From contig OY771506.1 of NCBI GenBank assembly GCA_963674705.1, positions 4,256,001 to 4,320,000 of the forward strand: 64,000 nucleotides of DNA. Reading direction: 5' to 3'. Shown here in pieces: positions 8,239 to 18,441 of this stretch. The position numbers were made by a program, and so were the translations under genes. Every line of letters begins with the position of its first letter. The stretch's first letter is position 1. The stretch comes from Phycisphaeraceae bacterium (GTDB lineage: Bacteria; Planctomycetota; Phycisphaerae; Phycisphaerales; Phycisphaeraceae). The notes beneath the pieces are model-generated. The model did not search any database and was not told the origin of the DNA. It saw only the letters and a list, made by a program, of their open reading frames with translations.

Positions 8239-11211
8239 TTATTCCATCAGGTCCGGCGCAAAACCGCGACGCATGGTGTTTTCACACACCGCACGCGGTT
8301 CCACGAATTGAAGCAGGTAGTCCTCGCCACCGGCTTTAGAACCGATACCGGACAAACCGAAGCCGCCGAATGGTTGCCTGCCGACAAGTGCGCCCGTGCA
8401 CGTGCGGTTCAGGTACAGATTACCCACGTGAAACTCCCGCATGGCTTGTTCCAGATGGCTCGGCGTGCGGCTGTAAACACCACCTGTCAGCTTGTAGGGG
8501 GAACTGTTGGCGACCTGTAACGCCTCATCGAAGTGATTGGCGCGCATCACGGCAAGCACAGGACCAAATACCTCTTCGTTTGCCAAGCGATGGTGGGGCT
8601 GGATACCGCTAAAAATATGCGGGCCGATGTAAGGTAATGCCGGGCGGTCTGTTGGTAATCCGTCAGGCACTGCCATAGACAACGCCTCTTGCCCTTCGGC
8701 TTGCCCGATCTCGATGTAGCTGCGGATTTTGGCAACAGCATCCGCATCAATCACGGGCCCGACATCGGTGTTCGGATCGAGCGGATCACCGATCACCAGC
8801 GCCTTGGTCGATTCAACCAGACGATCAAGAAACGCATCGTGGATCGAATCCATCACGATCACCCGACTACACGCAGAGCACTTCTGTCCGCTGTATCCAA
8901 AAGCAGAGTTGCGTACACCGACGACCGCTTCATCCAGGTCTGCTGAGTCGTCCACGATAATGGCGTTCTTCCCGCCCATCTCGCAGACAACACGCTTAAC
9001 GTGCTGTTGCGATTCACCTGTCAGGCCTGCGGCCTGAATGATGTCCAACCCCACGGCTTTGGAACCTGTGAATGCGATGATTGCCACGCGTGGATCACGC
9101 ACCAGCTTTGCGCCGACCGTTTCGCCTTGCCCGGGTAGATACTGAAGCACGTCTTTGGGCGTACCTGCCTGCCAGAGTATGTCGCACATCAGCGTCGCAA
9201 TGCCCGGCGTCTGCTCGGCCGGCTTGACGATGACCGTGTTCCCCGTCACCAATGCCGCTACTGTCATGCCGCAGCAGATCGCCAGCGGGAAGTTCCACGG
9301 GCTGATCACTACTGCGACGCCGCGCGGCTTATACCACTGGCTGTTGTGTTCGCCGACAAACTTCCCTAATCGTTTGGGTTCAAACAGTCCCACTGCCTGT
9401 CGGGCGTAATATTCACAGAAGTCGATCGCTTCACAGATATCCGCATCCGCCTCGCGCCAGGGTTTGCCCGCTTCCTTGATAACCATCCCGGCAAGCTCAT
9501 CGCGTCGATTGCGCATGAGTTGAGCGGCTTGCGTCAGCACCTTCGCGCGTTGCAGCGGATCGGTATCACGCCACGCCGCAAACGCCTGGGCCGCCCGATC
9601 CACTGCTTGTTCTGCCTGCTGTTGTGTGCTGTCATTCGCGACAGAAACCACCTTCGCCTTGGCAATCGTTTCCGTGAAAGCCTGCCTCTGGTCGGCTTGC
9701 GAAAAATCCCTGACCGGCTCATTGAAAAAGGGCCTGCCGTCGCCCACACCTTTCACCGCAGATGACAAGCTGTGATGTTCAGCACAACGTGAAAGCTTTT
9801 CCAATCCCGGATCAGGTGCATCCGGTATGACGGGCGCGGCTAGCAATTGGTCATCAGACGCACCTTGAACGAATCCCGCCTTGAGCCAGGACTGGTTCGA
9901 GGAGTTTTCCAGCAGGCGTCTGACCAGGTACGCCATCCCGGGGATCATCTCGCCAACCGGGACATACTCACGCACACGCACGCCACGTTGGATCAAGGCA
10001 GACTTGATGGCATCTCCCATACCAGTAAGCATCTGCACCTCGATTGCTGACGCGGGCAAATCCGCATACTCAACACAGGATAAAGCCGTGGCAATCGAGC
10101 GGATATTGTGTGACCCGATCGCTGCTTTGACGCCGCCCTGACCCTTCTCACGCGGCGTAGCCTCAATGATCCGGGCTATCACACGTTCAAAACACGCGTC
10201 CGTTTCCACCTTCCGCGACCAGACAGGCACCGGCCAGCCCATCTGCTCGGCGTGGATCGTCTCGTAATCCCAATACGCCCCCTTAACGAGCCGAACCGTA
10301 ACCTGCCGACCCGACTGACGCGACCAGTTGATAATCCGCTGCACATCCGCGTCAGCACTGCGCAAGTAAGCCTGCAGAGCAAGCCCGGCCTCGAATGCAT
10401 AACGCTCACAACACCGCATGAATAGATCGATAGTCAGGTCTTTGAGTTCATACTGCTCGATATCGAAGTTGATAAACACGCCTTGCTTGACCGCCGCTTC
10501 CAGGATCGGCCCCAGTGATGCTGTCAGTTCGTCGATTGCCCGATCGTGAGCGATCGGATCATTCTTAGCCGAAAGCGAGCTGATCTTGACAGATACATTA
10601 GTCCGCGGGATCTGCCCGAGATGGTCTTGTTCAATCAGGGGATTGCCCGGCCAGCTATCGACAGCCCGAGGCAGGTTGTGGACCAGGTCCAGATAGCGTT
10701 GGCGTGAAGCATCCGCTTCGGCCAGGCTGATACAGGCTTCGCCCAGTAAATCCACCGAGAATCCGATCCCACTGTCCCAACGCTTCCGCAACATCGGCAG
10801 GGCGGAGGTGGCATCTATGCCCGCGATGAAACGCTTGGCGGTGCTGGTGATCTGGGATGCGACCGTTTTTGCAAGGGTTCCTTTCATGATCCCGCCGGCC
10901 TTGAGGCCCAATCCCAGGCCGGGTGGCAGCTTCACCCCCGGCTGCGACAGGTAGTCCATCAGGTGCTCGTGCACCAGTTCAGGCGTCTTGAGTACCGGAA
11001 AAACATCTGTAAAACGGAATAATTGTGCCCGGAAGTCCTGGTCGGACATCGCCCAGTCCATCAGCTTGTCAGACAGCGGCGGTCCGGGTGCATGACGAGC
11101 GGCCTCGAGTAGTTCCCCGCCTATCTGGCGGATTCTCTGCTCCTGACCGGTTAAGACAGCTACCGAGGCAGCAGTAACAGAGCGATTACGTCGTCGAGAA
11201 AACAAGCTCAT
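8239..11211 (-). CDS. putA: Bifunctional proline dehydrogenase / P5C dehydrogenase
   Basis: VDLLGE, RLVKGAYWD, YLVRRLLEN (PRODH); ISPWNFPLAI, FTGS, EMGGKN, GQKCSA, EEVFGP (ALDH). Confidence 0.95.
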   Translation of the reverse strand: MSLFSRRRNRSVTAASVAVLTGQEQRIRQIGGELLEAARHAPGPPLSDKLMDWAMSDQDFRAQLFRFTDVFPVLKTPELVHEHLMDYLSQPGVKLPPGLGLGLKAGGIMKGTLAKTVASQITSTAKRFIAGIDATSALPMLRKRWDSGIGFSVDLLGEACISLAEADASRQRYLDLVHNLPRAVDSWPGNPLIEQDHLGQIPRTNVSVKISSLSAKNDPIAHDRAIDELTASLGPILEAAVKQGVFINFDIEQYELKDLTIDLFMRCCERYAFEAGLALQAYLRSADADVQRIINWSRQSGRQVTVRLVKGAYWDYETIHAEQMGWPVPVWSRKVETDACFERVIARIIEATPREKGQGGVKAAIGSHNIRSIATALSCVEYADLPASAIEVQMLTGMGDAIKSALIQRGVRVREYVPVGEMIPGMAYLVRRLLENSSNQSWLKAGFVQGASDDQLLAAPVIPDAPDPGLEKLSRCAEHHSLSSAVKGVGDGRPFFNEPVRDFSQADQRQAFTETIAKAKVVSVANDSTQQQAEQAVDRAAQAFAAWRDTDPLQRAKVLTQAAQLMRNRRDELAGMVIKEAGKPWREADADICEAIDFCEYYARQAVGLFEPKRLGKFVGEHNSQWYKPRGVAVVISPWNFPLAICCGMTVAALVTGNTVIVKPAEQTPGIATLMCDILWQAGTPKDVLQYLPGQGETVGAKLVRDPRVAIIAFTGSKAVGLDIIQAAGLTGESQQHVKRVVCEMGGKNAIIVDDSADLDEAVVGVRNSAFGYSGQKCSACSRVIVMDSIHDAFLDRLVESTKALVIGDPLDPNTDVGPVIDADAVAKIRSYIEIGQAEGQEALSMAVPDGLPTDRPALPYIGPHIFSGIQPHHRLANEEVFGPVLAVMRANHFDEALQVANSSPYKLTGGVYSRTPSHLEQAMREFHVGNLYLNRTCTGALVGRQPFGGFGLSGIGSKAGGEDYLLQFVEPRAVCENTMRRGFAPDLME

Positions 11212-11336
11212 ACGTCACGCCTTTAGGTCAAATACGCAAGCCTGAATCACTCACAGCATCATATGTAAACACCGCCGATCACGTATAACTTTACCCCGCC
11301 GTGCTTAACGGACCGGTTTGTCGTACACTTCCCGCC

Positions 11337-12023
11337 ATGCAGCGTCTAATTATCACGCTGGACGGACCTGCCGGCGCCGGTAAATCCACTGTCGCCTGGC
11401 GTTTGGCTAAGCGCCTGGGACTCGAGTTCCTCGATACCGGGGCGATGTACCGTGGCCTGAGCGCCAAGTGCGTCGAACGCGGGATCGATCCGGTTGCCGA
11501 GGACTACGCCGTCGTCGAGTTGGCCCGTCACAGCACATTTCGTTTTGACTGGACCCATGATCCTCCGCGTTTAAGTGTCGGGGGCACCGACGTTACCGAC
11601 CGCCTGCGTGATATGGATGTCACCAGTAAGGTCTCCGATGTCGCCGCGATCTCCGGTGTCCGGCAGGTCATGGTTCGTGAACAGCGCCGTATGGGCGAAG
11701 AACACCCGCGCCTTGTTACTGAAGGCAGGGACCAGGGCTCGGTCGTTTTCCCCAAGGCTGAGGTCAAGTTTTATTTAGACGCTTCCCCTACAGTCCGGGC
11801 CAAGCGACGAGCCGATCAGCTCAAGGCGGCCGGTAAGAAAGTAGACCTGGAACAGATCAGAAAGAACATCCTCGAACGCGATCGCAAGGACTCCAGTCGC
11901 AAGGATGCTCCGTTGATCTGCCCGGAAGATGCTTTGCGGATCGACACATCGGACATGTCGCTCGAAGAGGTGGTGGATCACCTGGAAAACCTGGTTAAGC
12001 AAACGGCGGGGTCAGTGCTGTGA
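11337..12023 (+). CDS. cmk: Cytidylate kinase
   Basis: IITLDGPAGAGKST, LDTGAMYR, EGRDQG, RDRKDSSR; start at ATG 11337. Confidence 0.95.
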   Translation: MQRLIITLDGPAGAGKSTVAWRLAKRLGLEFLDTGAMYRGLSAKCVERGIDPVAEDYAVVELARHSTFRFDWTHDPPRLSVGGTDVTDRLRDMDVTSKVSDVAAISGVRQVMVREQRRMGEEHPRLVTEGRDQGSVVFPKAEVKFYLDASPTVRAKRRADQLKAAGKKVDLEQIRKNILERDRKDSSRKDAPLICPEDALRIDTSDMSLEEVVDHLENLVKQTAGSVL

Positions 12024-12691
12024 TCGAGAAATTGCGTCAACGCCAGCCCGGCGCTTCCATCTGGCGGATCCTGTTCTGGCATGCCATGCACCTGATCTGC
12101 TACCTGTTTTTCGTGCCCCTGTACCGTTACCGCGCGTACGGCACGAATAACATCCCGACCACCGGAGCCGTGCTGCTGGTCAGTAACCACCAGTCTTACT
12201 TCGACCCGATCATCGTCGGCCTGGCCTGCTCGCACAGGCAGTTCGCAGCCCTGGCACGCTCAACCCTGTTCGATAAGCACCCGCTTCTGGCCTGGATAAT
12301 CCGCATGCTCAACGCCATCCCCGTTTCGCGCGGTGAGACAGACGTTGCGGCCATGCGTAAGTGCATCGCCGAGTTGGAAAAGGGACAGGCCTTACTCATC
12401 TTCCCTGAAGGCACACGCACCGAAGACGGCTCGGTCAAGCCCTTTGAAACCGGCACGATGCTCCTGATCAAGCGTGCCAAACCGCTCGTGATGCCCGTTG
12501 CCATCGAAGGATCGTATGACGTCTGGAAGCGGGGCACCCGCCCCAAACTCCGCGGCAGGATAGCCGTGTCCTACGGCGAACCCGTCCCCGCTGAAATAAT
12601 CATCGCCATGGGGGCGGATAAGGGGCTGAACTTTTTACGTGACGAAGTCGACCGGATGCGGTTAGAATTGAAGTCACGCATCGGCGGTTAA
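12020..12691 (+). CDS. plsC: 1-acyl-sn-glycerol-3-phosphate acyltransferase
   Basis: NHQSYFD, FPEGTR; coupled to cmk. Confidence 0.9.
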   Translation: MIEKLRQRQPGASIWRILFWHAMHLICYLFFVPLYRYRAYGTNNIPTTGAVLLVSNHQSYFDPIIVGLACSHRQFAALARSTLFDKHPLLAWIIRMLNAIPVSRGETDVAAMRKCIAELEKGQALLIFPEGTRTEDGSVKPFETGTMLLIKRAKPLVMPVAIEGSYDVWKRGTRPKLRGRIAVSYGEPVPAEIIIAMGADKGLNFLRDEVDRMRLELKSRIGG

Positions 12692-12715
12692 AATACGTGC
12701 GCGGAAGCAGTTAAT

Positions 12716-12837
12716 CCGGTCCCCTCTCCCCTCGGGAGAGGGTTAGGGTGAGGGCCGGACAGCATGTGTGTCCAGATAAAAGGTGGGGCGTTTCCAATAC
12801 CGCCCTCACCCCGGCCCTCTCCCGAGGGGAGAGGGGG
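12716..12837. repeat. Inverted pair of REP-like palindromic elements (CCCTCACCC..CCCTCTCCC..GGGAGAGGG family)
   Basis: Arms at 12716-12757 and 12802-12837 in opposite orientation; the first arm recurs identically at 18315-18356. Confidence 0.8.
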
Positions 12838-12907
12838 TAAGACATTTTTGCTATCGCGCTCGTGAAGTCAGTTTGAACATCGAACATCGCACATTGAACA
12901 CATCACC

Positions 12908-15313
12908 ATGCAAACCCTATTGATCGCACTTGGAGCCGGGGTCGCCTTCCTCATCGCGTACCACACGTACGGGCGCTGGTTAGGCCAGAAGATTTTCAAC
13001 CTCTCAGCAGATTATGTCTGCCCGTCGCACCGGCTTAAGGACGGCAAGGACTACGTGCCCTCGCCCAAGGCGATCGTCTTCGGCCACCACTTCACCTCCA
13101 TCGCCGGCACCGGCCCGATCGTCGGGCCCGCCATTGCGGTCATGTGGGGCTGGGTACCGGCACTGCTGTGGGTTCTTTTCGGCAGCATCTTCATCGGGGC
13201 TGTCCACGACTTCGGCTCACTGGTTGTCAGCCTCCGCAACAACGGCCAGACCGTCGGCGACATCGCCGGGCGATTGCTGAATAAACGTGTCCGCCTGTTG
13301 TTTCTCTTCGTGCTGTTCATGGCTCTGACCATCGTGCTGGCGATCTTCGGGCTGGTCATCGCCGCGGTGTTCAGGCAGTATCCGGCATCGATCTTCCCCT
13401 GTGTTGTCCAGATCCCGATCGCGGTCGGCATCGGGCTGTGGCTGCATAAAAAAGGTGTCAATCTCACGGTCCCGTCGCTCATAGCATTAGGCTTGATGTA
13501 CCTGACCGTGGCGTTCGGCGACCAGAACACTCAGATCGCCGAGATCAGCTGGCTGCCCGGGTGGCTTGCAGGGGGGATCGAGGCGCTCGAAACGGCGCTT
13601 CACGCGTTCAACGAAACACTCGCCGGCTGGTCTATCATGACCTGGGTCATCCTGCTTCTTTTGTATTCCTACATCGCGTCGGTGTTGCCGGTCTGGGTAC
13701 TGCTTCAGCCGCGAGATTACATCAACAGTCTGCAACTATTGACCGCACTGGGCCTGATCGTCGTCGGCCTGATCGTTGCCGCTGCCATCGGCGGAGCACC
13801 GCCGGTTGAAGGGGCAGCACGTCAGCCGCTGGAAGTCGTCGCCCCCGCGTGGAACTTCCACCCGGCCGGGGCCCCGATGATCTTCCCGTTCCTCTTCATC
13901 ACCATCGCCTGCGGCGCGATCTCTGGTTTTCACTGCCTCGTCAGCAGCGGCACCAGCAGCAAACAACTCGAACGCGAACCGGATGCAAGGTTTGTGGGGT
14001 ATGGTGCGATGCTGACGGAGGGCTTCCTTGCGACCATCGTGATATTGGCGTGTGTGGCGGGGTTGGGCTTAGGTTCAACGGTAAAGAATGCGGGGCCAGT
14101 CGCGTTTTCAATTGAAGATGCTTTACCCCCATCGGCACCTCATGGCATGGCAATGGATTACATCGGTCCCGATAGCAATGCACGAACGCTTACCGTAATT
14201 GCTGCTGGTGGTGCCACACTGACACGTTGGGAATTCCAAGAAACGAATGAGCGTATGAAAATCGGTTCAGAAGAACACGGCAATTCTTTCGTACAGGATG
14301 GCGTCGTCTTCTCCGGTGTTGATATGGAGCATGAGGTTTTAAACGCAAGTTTAATTGGCGCATCCGCATTCAATACACGTTATCAATCCTGGTCTGCCGC
14401 CGACGGCCTCGCACGCACCGTCGGCGCGTTCGTAGACGGCTCAGCCAACTTCCTCAAAGCGATGGGCATCCCCGGGGGAATAGCAATTGCACTGATGGGG
14501 GTGCTTGTCGCGTCCTTTGCCGGTACGACACTCGATACGGCTTGTCGTTTGCAGCGCTATGTTGTGCAGGAACTGGCCGCGACGTTCTTGCCGACACCGG
14601 GCGAGCGTGATTGTCCGGAGTGCGGGTATGACCTGCAGGGTAATATCTCAGGCACGTGCCCCGAATGCGGGTGGGAGATCGATCCGCAGAAGTTTGATAC
14701 CGCAGCAATAGCCGCGGGCAGCCCTGCCCGCGCGGAGGGTGATGTGGACACTGAAGGCGCAGAAGGCGCGCGACCTGGCAGGTCGCGGCTACAGTCAAAT
14801 CAACTCACGTTGAATCCGTTTACGTGGCTGCGTAACAAGCATGGTGCGACGATATTTGCGATCGCGGTGGCAACGTTCATTGCGGCGATGCCACCGGCCG
14901 GTGGGGCGTGGAGTTGGGCGGGGGCAGGCAAGGGGGGGATGATCCTCTGGCCGATGTTTGGCGCGACCAATCAACTGCTTGGCGGCCTGGCGTTTCTCGT
15001 CATCGGCTTCTACCTCTGGCGACGCAAGAAACCGGTCTGGTTCCTCGCACTTCCGATGCTGTTCATGCTGATCATGCCGGCCTGGGCGATGGGTTATCAG
15101 CTTTTTGTGAAAGGGATCAACATGGATACCAGTTGGCTCGGTGCCGACAAACCCAACTGGATCCTGATCGTCATCGCCTTGGCCACCCTGATCCTGGAAG
15201 CCTGGATGGTCGTCGAGGCGATTCTGCTTTGGCCGCGTGTTAAGGGGGTGTTGGAGCCGTTACTGCCCGGTAATGAGACGCCTGAGACACCAACAAACCA
15301 GCCTCAGACATAA
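12908..15313 (+). CDS. cstA: Carbon starvation CstA-family peptide/pyruvate transporter with internal insertions
   Basis: FGHHFTSIAGTGPIVGP, GAVHDF, LLQPRDYINS, TIACGAISGFH, GTTLDTACRLQRY, WPMFGATNQLL. Confidence 0.92.
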   Translation: MQTLLIALGAGVAFLIAYHTYGRWLGQKIFNLSADYVCPSHRLKDGKDYVPSPKAIVFGHHFTSIAGTGPIVGPAIAVMWGWVPALLWVLFGSIFIGAVHDFGSLVVSLRNNGQTVGDIAGRLLNKRVRLLFLFVLFMALTIVLAIFGLVIAAVFRQYPASIFPCVVQIPIAVGIGLWLHKKGVNLTVPSLIALGLMYLTVAFGDQNTQIAEISWLPGWLAGGIEALETALHAFNETLAGWSIMTWVILLLLYSYIASVLPVWVLLQPRDYINSLQLLTALGLIVVGLIVAAAIGGAPPVEGAARQPLEVVAPAWNFHPAGAPMIFPFLFITIACGAISGFHCLVSSGTSSKQLEREPDARFVGYGAMLTEGFLATIVILACVAGLGLGSTVKNAGPVAFSIEDALPPSAPHGMAMDYIGPDSNARTLTVIAAGGATLTRWEFQETNERMKIGSEEHGNSFVQDGVVFSGVDMEHEVLNASLIGASAFNTRYQSWSAADGLARTVGAFVDGSANFLKAMGIPGGIAIALMGVLVASFAGTTLDTACRLQRYVVQELAATFLPTPGERDCPECGYDLQGNISGTCPECGWEIDPQKFDTAAIAAGSPARAEGDVDTEGAEGARPGRSRLQSNQLTLNPFTWLRNKHGATIFAIAVATFIAAMPPAGGAWSWAGAGKGGMILWPMFGATNQLLGGLAFLVIGFYLWRRKKPVWFLALPMLFMLIMPAWAMGYQLFVKGINMDTSWLGADKPNWILIVIALATLILEAWMVVEAILLWPRVKGVLEPLLPGNETPETPTNQPQT

Positions 15314-15389
15314 AACATGGTCCAACTCGCCTGTCGGGGACGGATGATTTATCCTATGCTCTGCGCATTAGAGTATTTAGGAGCAACTG

Positions 15390-15842
15390 ATGGCTCGTAA
15401 CATAATCGCGATTCTTGGCTTGGCATTGATGCTGGGCGGCTGCGGTGTTGCCTTGCAGCCGGTGTCTTCACGCGTGGACTCGGTGCAGATCGATGAGCAG
15501 ACCGATGAAGGCATGCGTTTGCTGGTGACTGTGATCGCGGAAAACCCCAACGATATCCCGCTACCGATCGTGCGAGCGAAGTACCAGGTCGAGTTGCCGG
15601 GCGCGGGCGTGGAGACGTTCAAGTTCACGGACCTGCCGATGGCGACGATGCCTGCTAAGGGTAAACAAACCATCACGCTGCCCGCCGCGCTAGCGATGTC
15701 CGGTGGTAACGCCACAGGCCAGCAAGTCAAAGTCAACGGCCAACTGACCTACGAACCACCCGGTGAAATACGCAAGCTCATGACCGAATACGGCGTCCCC
15801 TTACCCTCATCCGGTTTCAGGTCCCAAGGCGAACTGCCATAA
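15390..15842 (+). CDS. LEA_2/WHy-like lipoprotein
   Basis: Lipobox LGGC; ENPNDIPL motif. Confidence 0.6.
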   Translation: MARNIIAILGLALMLGGCGVALQPVSSRVDSVQIDEQTDEGMRLLVTVIAENPNDIPLPIVRAKYQVELPGAGVETFKFTDLPMATMPAKGKQTITLPAALAMSGGNATGQQVKVNGQLTYEPPGEIRKLMTEYGVPLPSSGFRSQGELP

Positions 15843-15887
15843 TCGTTTCTGACCACACACTACACCCCACACCTTACCCCCTTTCCC

Positions 15888-17540
15888 ATGTCCGACGACC
15901 GACGATACCTGATCCCGTTCCGTGCAACGCTGCTGCCGCAGATCTTCACCGACACACTGGTGATCGGTGGGGGAGTGGCCGGTTTGCGTGCTGCCGTCGC
16001 GGCCAGGGAACACGGCGATGTCATCGTCGCAGGTAAAGGCGGGATCAAGGATTCAAACACCTACTGGGCGCAGGGTGGCGTTTGTGTTGTCGTGGATGAG
16101 CAGGACAGCATTGATGAGCACGTGCAGGACACCCTGATCGCGGGGGCCGGTCTGTGCGATGAGCCGATCGTGCGGCAGATCGCTTCGGCTGCACGCGCTC
16201 GGATCGATGAACTGATAGACTGGGGGATGAATCTGGACCGGACCAGCGGCAAGCTGGCGCTGGGTAGAGAAGGGGGGCACAGCCATCCCCGTATCGTCCA
16301 TGCCGATGGCGACGCGACCGGCAAAGAACTGGCGATCACACTGAATCAACACGCAAGAAGCCTCGACCGCATCCGCCTGTTCGACAATTGCTTCGTGCTG
16401 GACCTGATCACGCTGGAAGGCTCACCGCCGCAGTGTCTGGGCGCGATCACGCACCACCCGAAGTACGGCCTGCAGGTCATCTGGGCGCAGGCCACGATCC
16501 TCGCCACCGGTGGCTGCGGACAGGTGTACCGTGAATCGACCAATCCCAGTTCGGCCACCGGCGACGGTCTTGCGATGGCGTACCGTGCCGGCGCTGAGGT
16601 GTCGGACCTTGAGTTCGTGCAGTTCCACCCAACAACGCTGTATGTCGCAGGCGCAAGCCGATCGCTGATTTCCGAAGCGGTGCGAGGCGAGGGGGCTTTG
16701 CTGATCGATCGCAACGGCCACCGCTTCATGCCTGATTATGATGAACGGGCAGAGCTCGCGCCGCGTGATATTGTCTCACGATCGATCCTCAAGCAGATGG
16801 CCGCGACAAATCACACCAATGTCTATCTCGATGTCCGACATTTGGGCGGTGATAGGTTCGCCAAACGTTTCCCGAGCATCTTTGAATTACTCAAGCAGTT
16901 TGACATCGATCCCAGTTCGCAGTTGATCCCGATCCATCCATCTGCCCACTACATGGTCGGCGGCGTCCGAACCGATGACCACGGCCGAACCAACATCCAA
17001 GGCCTCTACGCCGCGGGTGAAGTCGCCTACACCGGCTTCCACGGCGCAAACCGCCTCGCCAGCAACAGCCTGCTCGAAGGGCTTGTCTATGGCGAACTGG
17101 TCGGCCGAACCTGCAGCGAAGTAATCAACGGCGAAGGCTCTCGCACCCCCTACAAGGTGATTTCCGATATCCGCCCAAGCGACCGTTCCGAACTCGACCT
17201 TGCTGACGTACGGTCGAGCCTGCGAAGCGTGATGTGGCGTCACGTCGGGATCGAACGGCAAGGCGAACGTCTGGACGAAGTCGCTGAAATGTTCGACTTC
17301 TGGGCCCGTTACACGCTCGATAAAATCTTTGATGAGCGCACAGGCTGGGAAGTGCAGAACCTGCTGACCGTCGGCTCTTTGATCACGCGTGCCGCACGCC
17401 ACCGCACGGAAAGCCGCGGCTGCCACTTCAGGCTGGATCATCCAGAACCGAACGATGCGCTTCGGCATCACACTTTCTGGCAGCGCGGTCTGGAAAAGCC
17501 AATCACCGCGCCTGTCGTCGATTCCACGGTGAGCGCCTGA
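15888..17540 (+). CDS. nadB: L-aspartate oxidase
   Basis: GGGVAGL, AQGG, REGGHS, QFHPT, SEAVRGEG, LAPRDIV, HYMVGG, HGANRLASNSLLEG, ESRGCH. Confidence 0.95.
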   Translation: MSDDRRYLIPFRATLLPQIFTDTLVIGGGVAGLRAAVAAREHGDVIVAGKGGIKDSNTYWAQGGVCVVVDEQDSIDEHVQDTLIAGAGLCDEPIVRQIASAARARIDELIDWGMNLDRTSGKLALGREGGHSHPRIVHADGDATGKELAITLNQHARSLDRIRLFDNCFVLDLITLEGSPPQCLGAITHHPKYGLQVIWAQATILATGGCGQVYRESTNPSSATGDGLAMAYRAGAEVSDLEFVQFHPTTLYVAGASRSLISEAVRGEGALLIDRNGHRFMPDYDERAELAPRDIVSRSILKQMAATNHTNVYLDVRHLGGDRFAKRFPSIFELLKQFDIDPSSQLIPIHPSAHYMVGGVRTDDHGRTNIQGLYAAGEVAYTGFHGANRLASNSLLEGLVYGELVGRTCSEVINGEGSRTPYKVISDIRPSDRSELDLADVRSSLRSVMWRHVGIERQGERLDEVAEMFDFWARYTLDKIFDERTGWEVQNLLTVGSLITRAARHRTESRGCHFRLDHPEPNDALRHHTFWQRGLEKPITAPVVDSTVSA

Positions 17541-17548
17541 AAATCAGA

Positions 17549-18397
17549 TCATCTGGCCGTCGCTGGGTTCCACGCATCTACTGCTTGAGATTCATCATAG
17601 GTATCAGTTAGCGCCGTGCTGCTGCCGTGGCCGTCGGTATAGATCGTGTTGGTAATATCACCGTGACGCACCAGGTCCATCCCATCGCCCGGTTCGCTTC
17701 GGCCGAGTTTCCAGAAGTGCGCCATCACGTGGTCGATACCGAATTCTCCGCCGCCGACTTCGCCGAACATTACGGTCGCACTTGAGCGAGGGATGTCGGT
17801 TGTCTTGTGCCAGGTGTTGCCATCCAGCACAACCGCTTCCTTGGGATCGGGCGCATTGGGTTTTAATTCGAAGTACACATTCTTGCCGAAACTGATGTGC
17901 GAATTCGGTGGGGCGTAGCTTGGCTCCTGCACATCTCGTTCATCTTCCGGGCAGCGGTACAAAGTTCCTCTCAGTTGCAGCAGTTCCTTGCTTGAAAAGA
18001 TATTGATACTCAATGGATCCGATGCAAACGATTCATATCCCAGGTAAGGCCCAAGCTGAACGTCCCATGCCGCTGCGGGATTCGCCACGCTGAATGAGTG
18101 CACACTCGGCGGATACAGTTCATCGTTGTCGTGCGTGTACATCGCCATGGCCTGCCCGACGCTGAGCATCTTGGTCATGCACTGCATACGTCTGGCGATC
18201 TGCCGCGACTTGCCCAAAGCAGGCAGAAGCAAACCGATCAGCAACGCAATGATCGCGATACCGACTAGTAATTCGATAAGTGTGAAACCAGCCCTTCGTC
18301 GGCGTGATCGAATTCCGGTCCCCTCTCCCCTCGGGAGAGGGTTAGGGTGAGGGCCGTTCCTAATCAATCGACCGGCTATATCTCCGTGTGATTTCAT
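17549..18397 (-). CDS. Prepilin-type N-terminal cleavage / DUF1559-like (H-X9-DG) planctomycete protein
   Basis: AGFTLIELLVGIAIIALLIGLLLPALGKSR...C; C-terminal RHGDITNTIYTDGH. Confidence 0.88.
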   Translation of the reverse strand: MKSHGDIAGRLIRNGPHPNPLPRGEGTGIRSRRRRAGFTLIELLVGIAIIALLIGLLLPALGKSRQIARRMQCMTKMLSVGQAMAMYTHDNDELYPPSVHSFSVANPAAAWDVQLGPYLGYESFASDPLSINIFSSKELLQLRGTLYRCPEDERDVQEPSYAPPNSHISFGKNVYFELKPNAPDPKEAVVLDGNTWHKTTDIPRSSATVMFGEVGGGEFGIDHVMAHFWKLGRSEPGDGMDLVRHGDITNTIYTDGHGSSTALTDTYDESQAVDAWNPATAR

Positions 18398-18441
18398 AAC
18401 TCAGGCCCTCACCCCGACCCTCTCCTGCGGGGGGAGGGGGG
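18315..18441. repeat. Second inverted pair of the REP-like palindrome, overlapping two ORF ends
   Basis: 18315-18356 identical to 12716-12757; inverted arm at 18405-18441. Confidence 0.8.

Noticed and set aside
12716..12837. Possible CRISPR array or IS ends
   Set aside because: Only inverted pairs of palindromes; no regular repeat-spacer period, and no cas or transposase gene in the window
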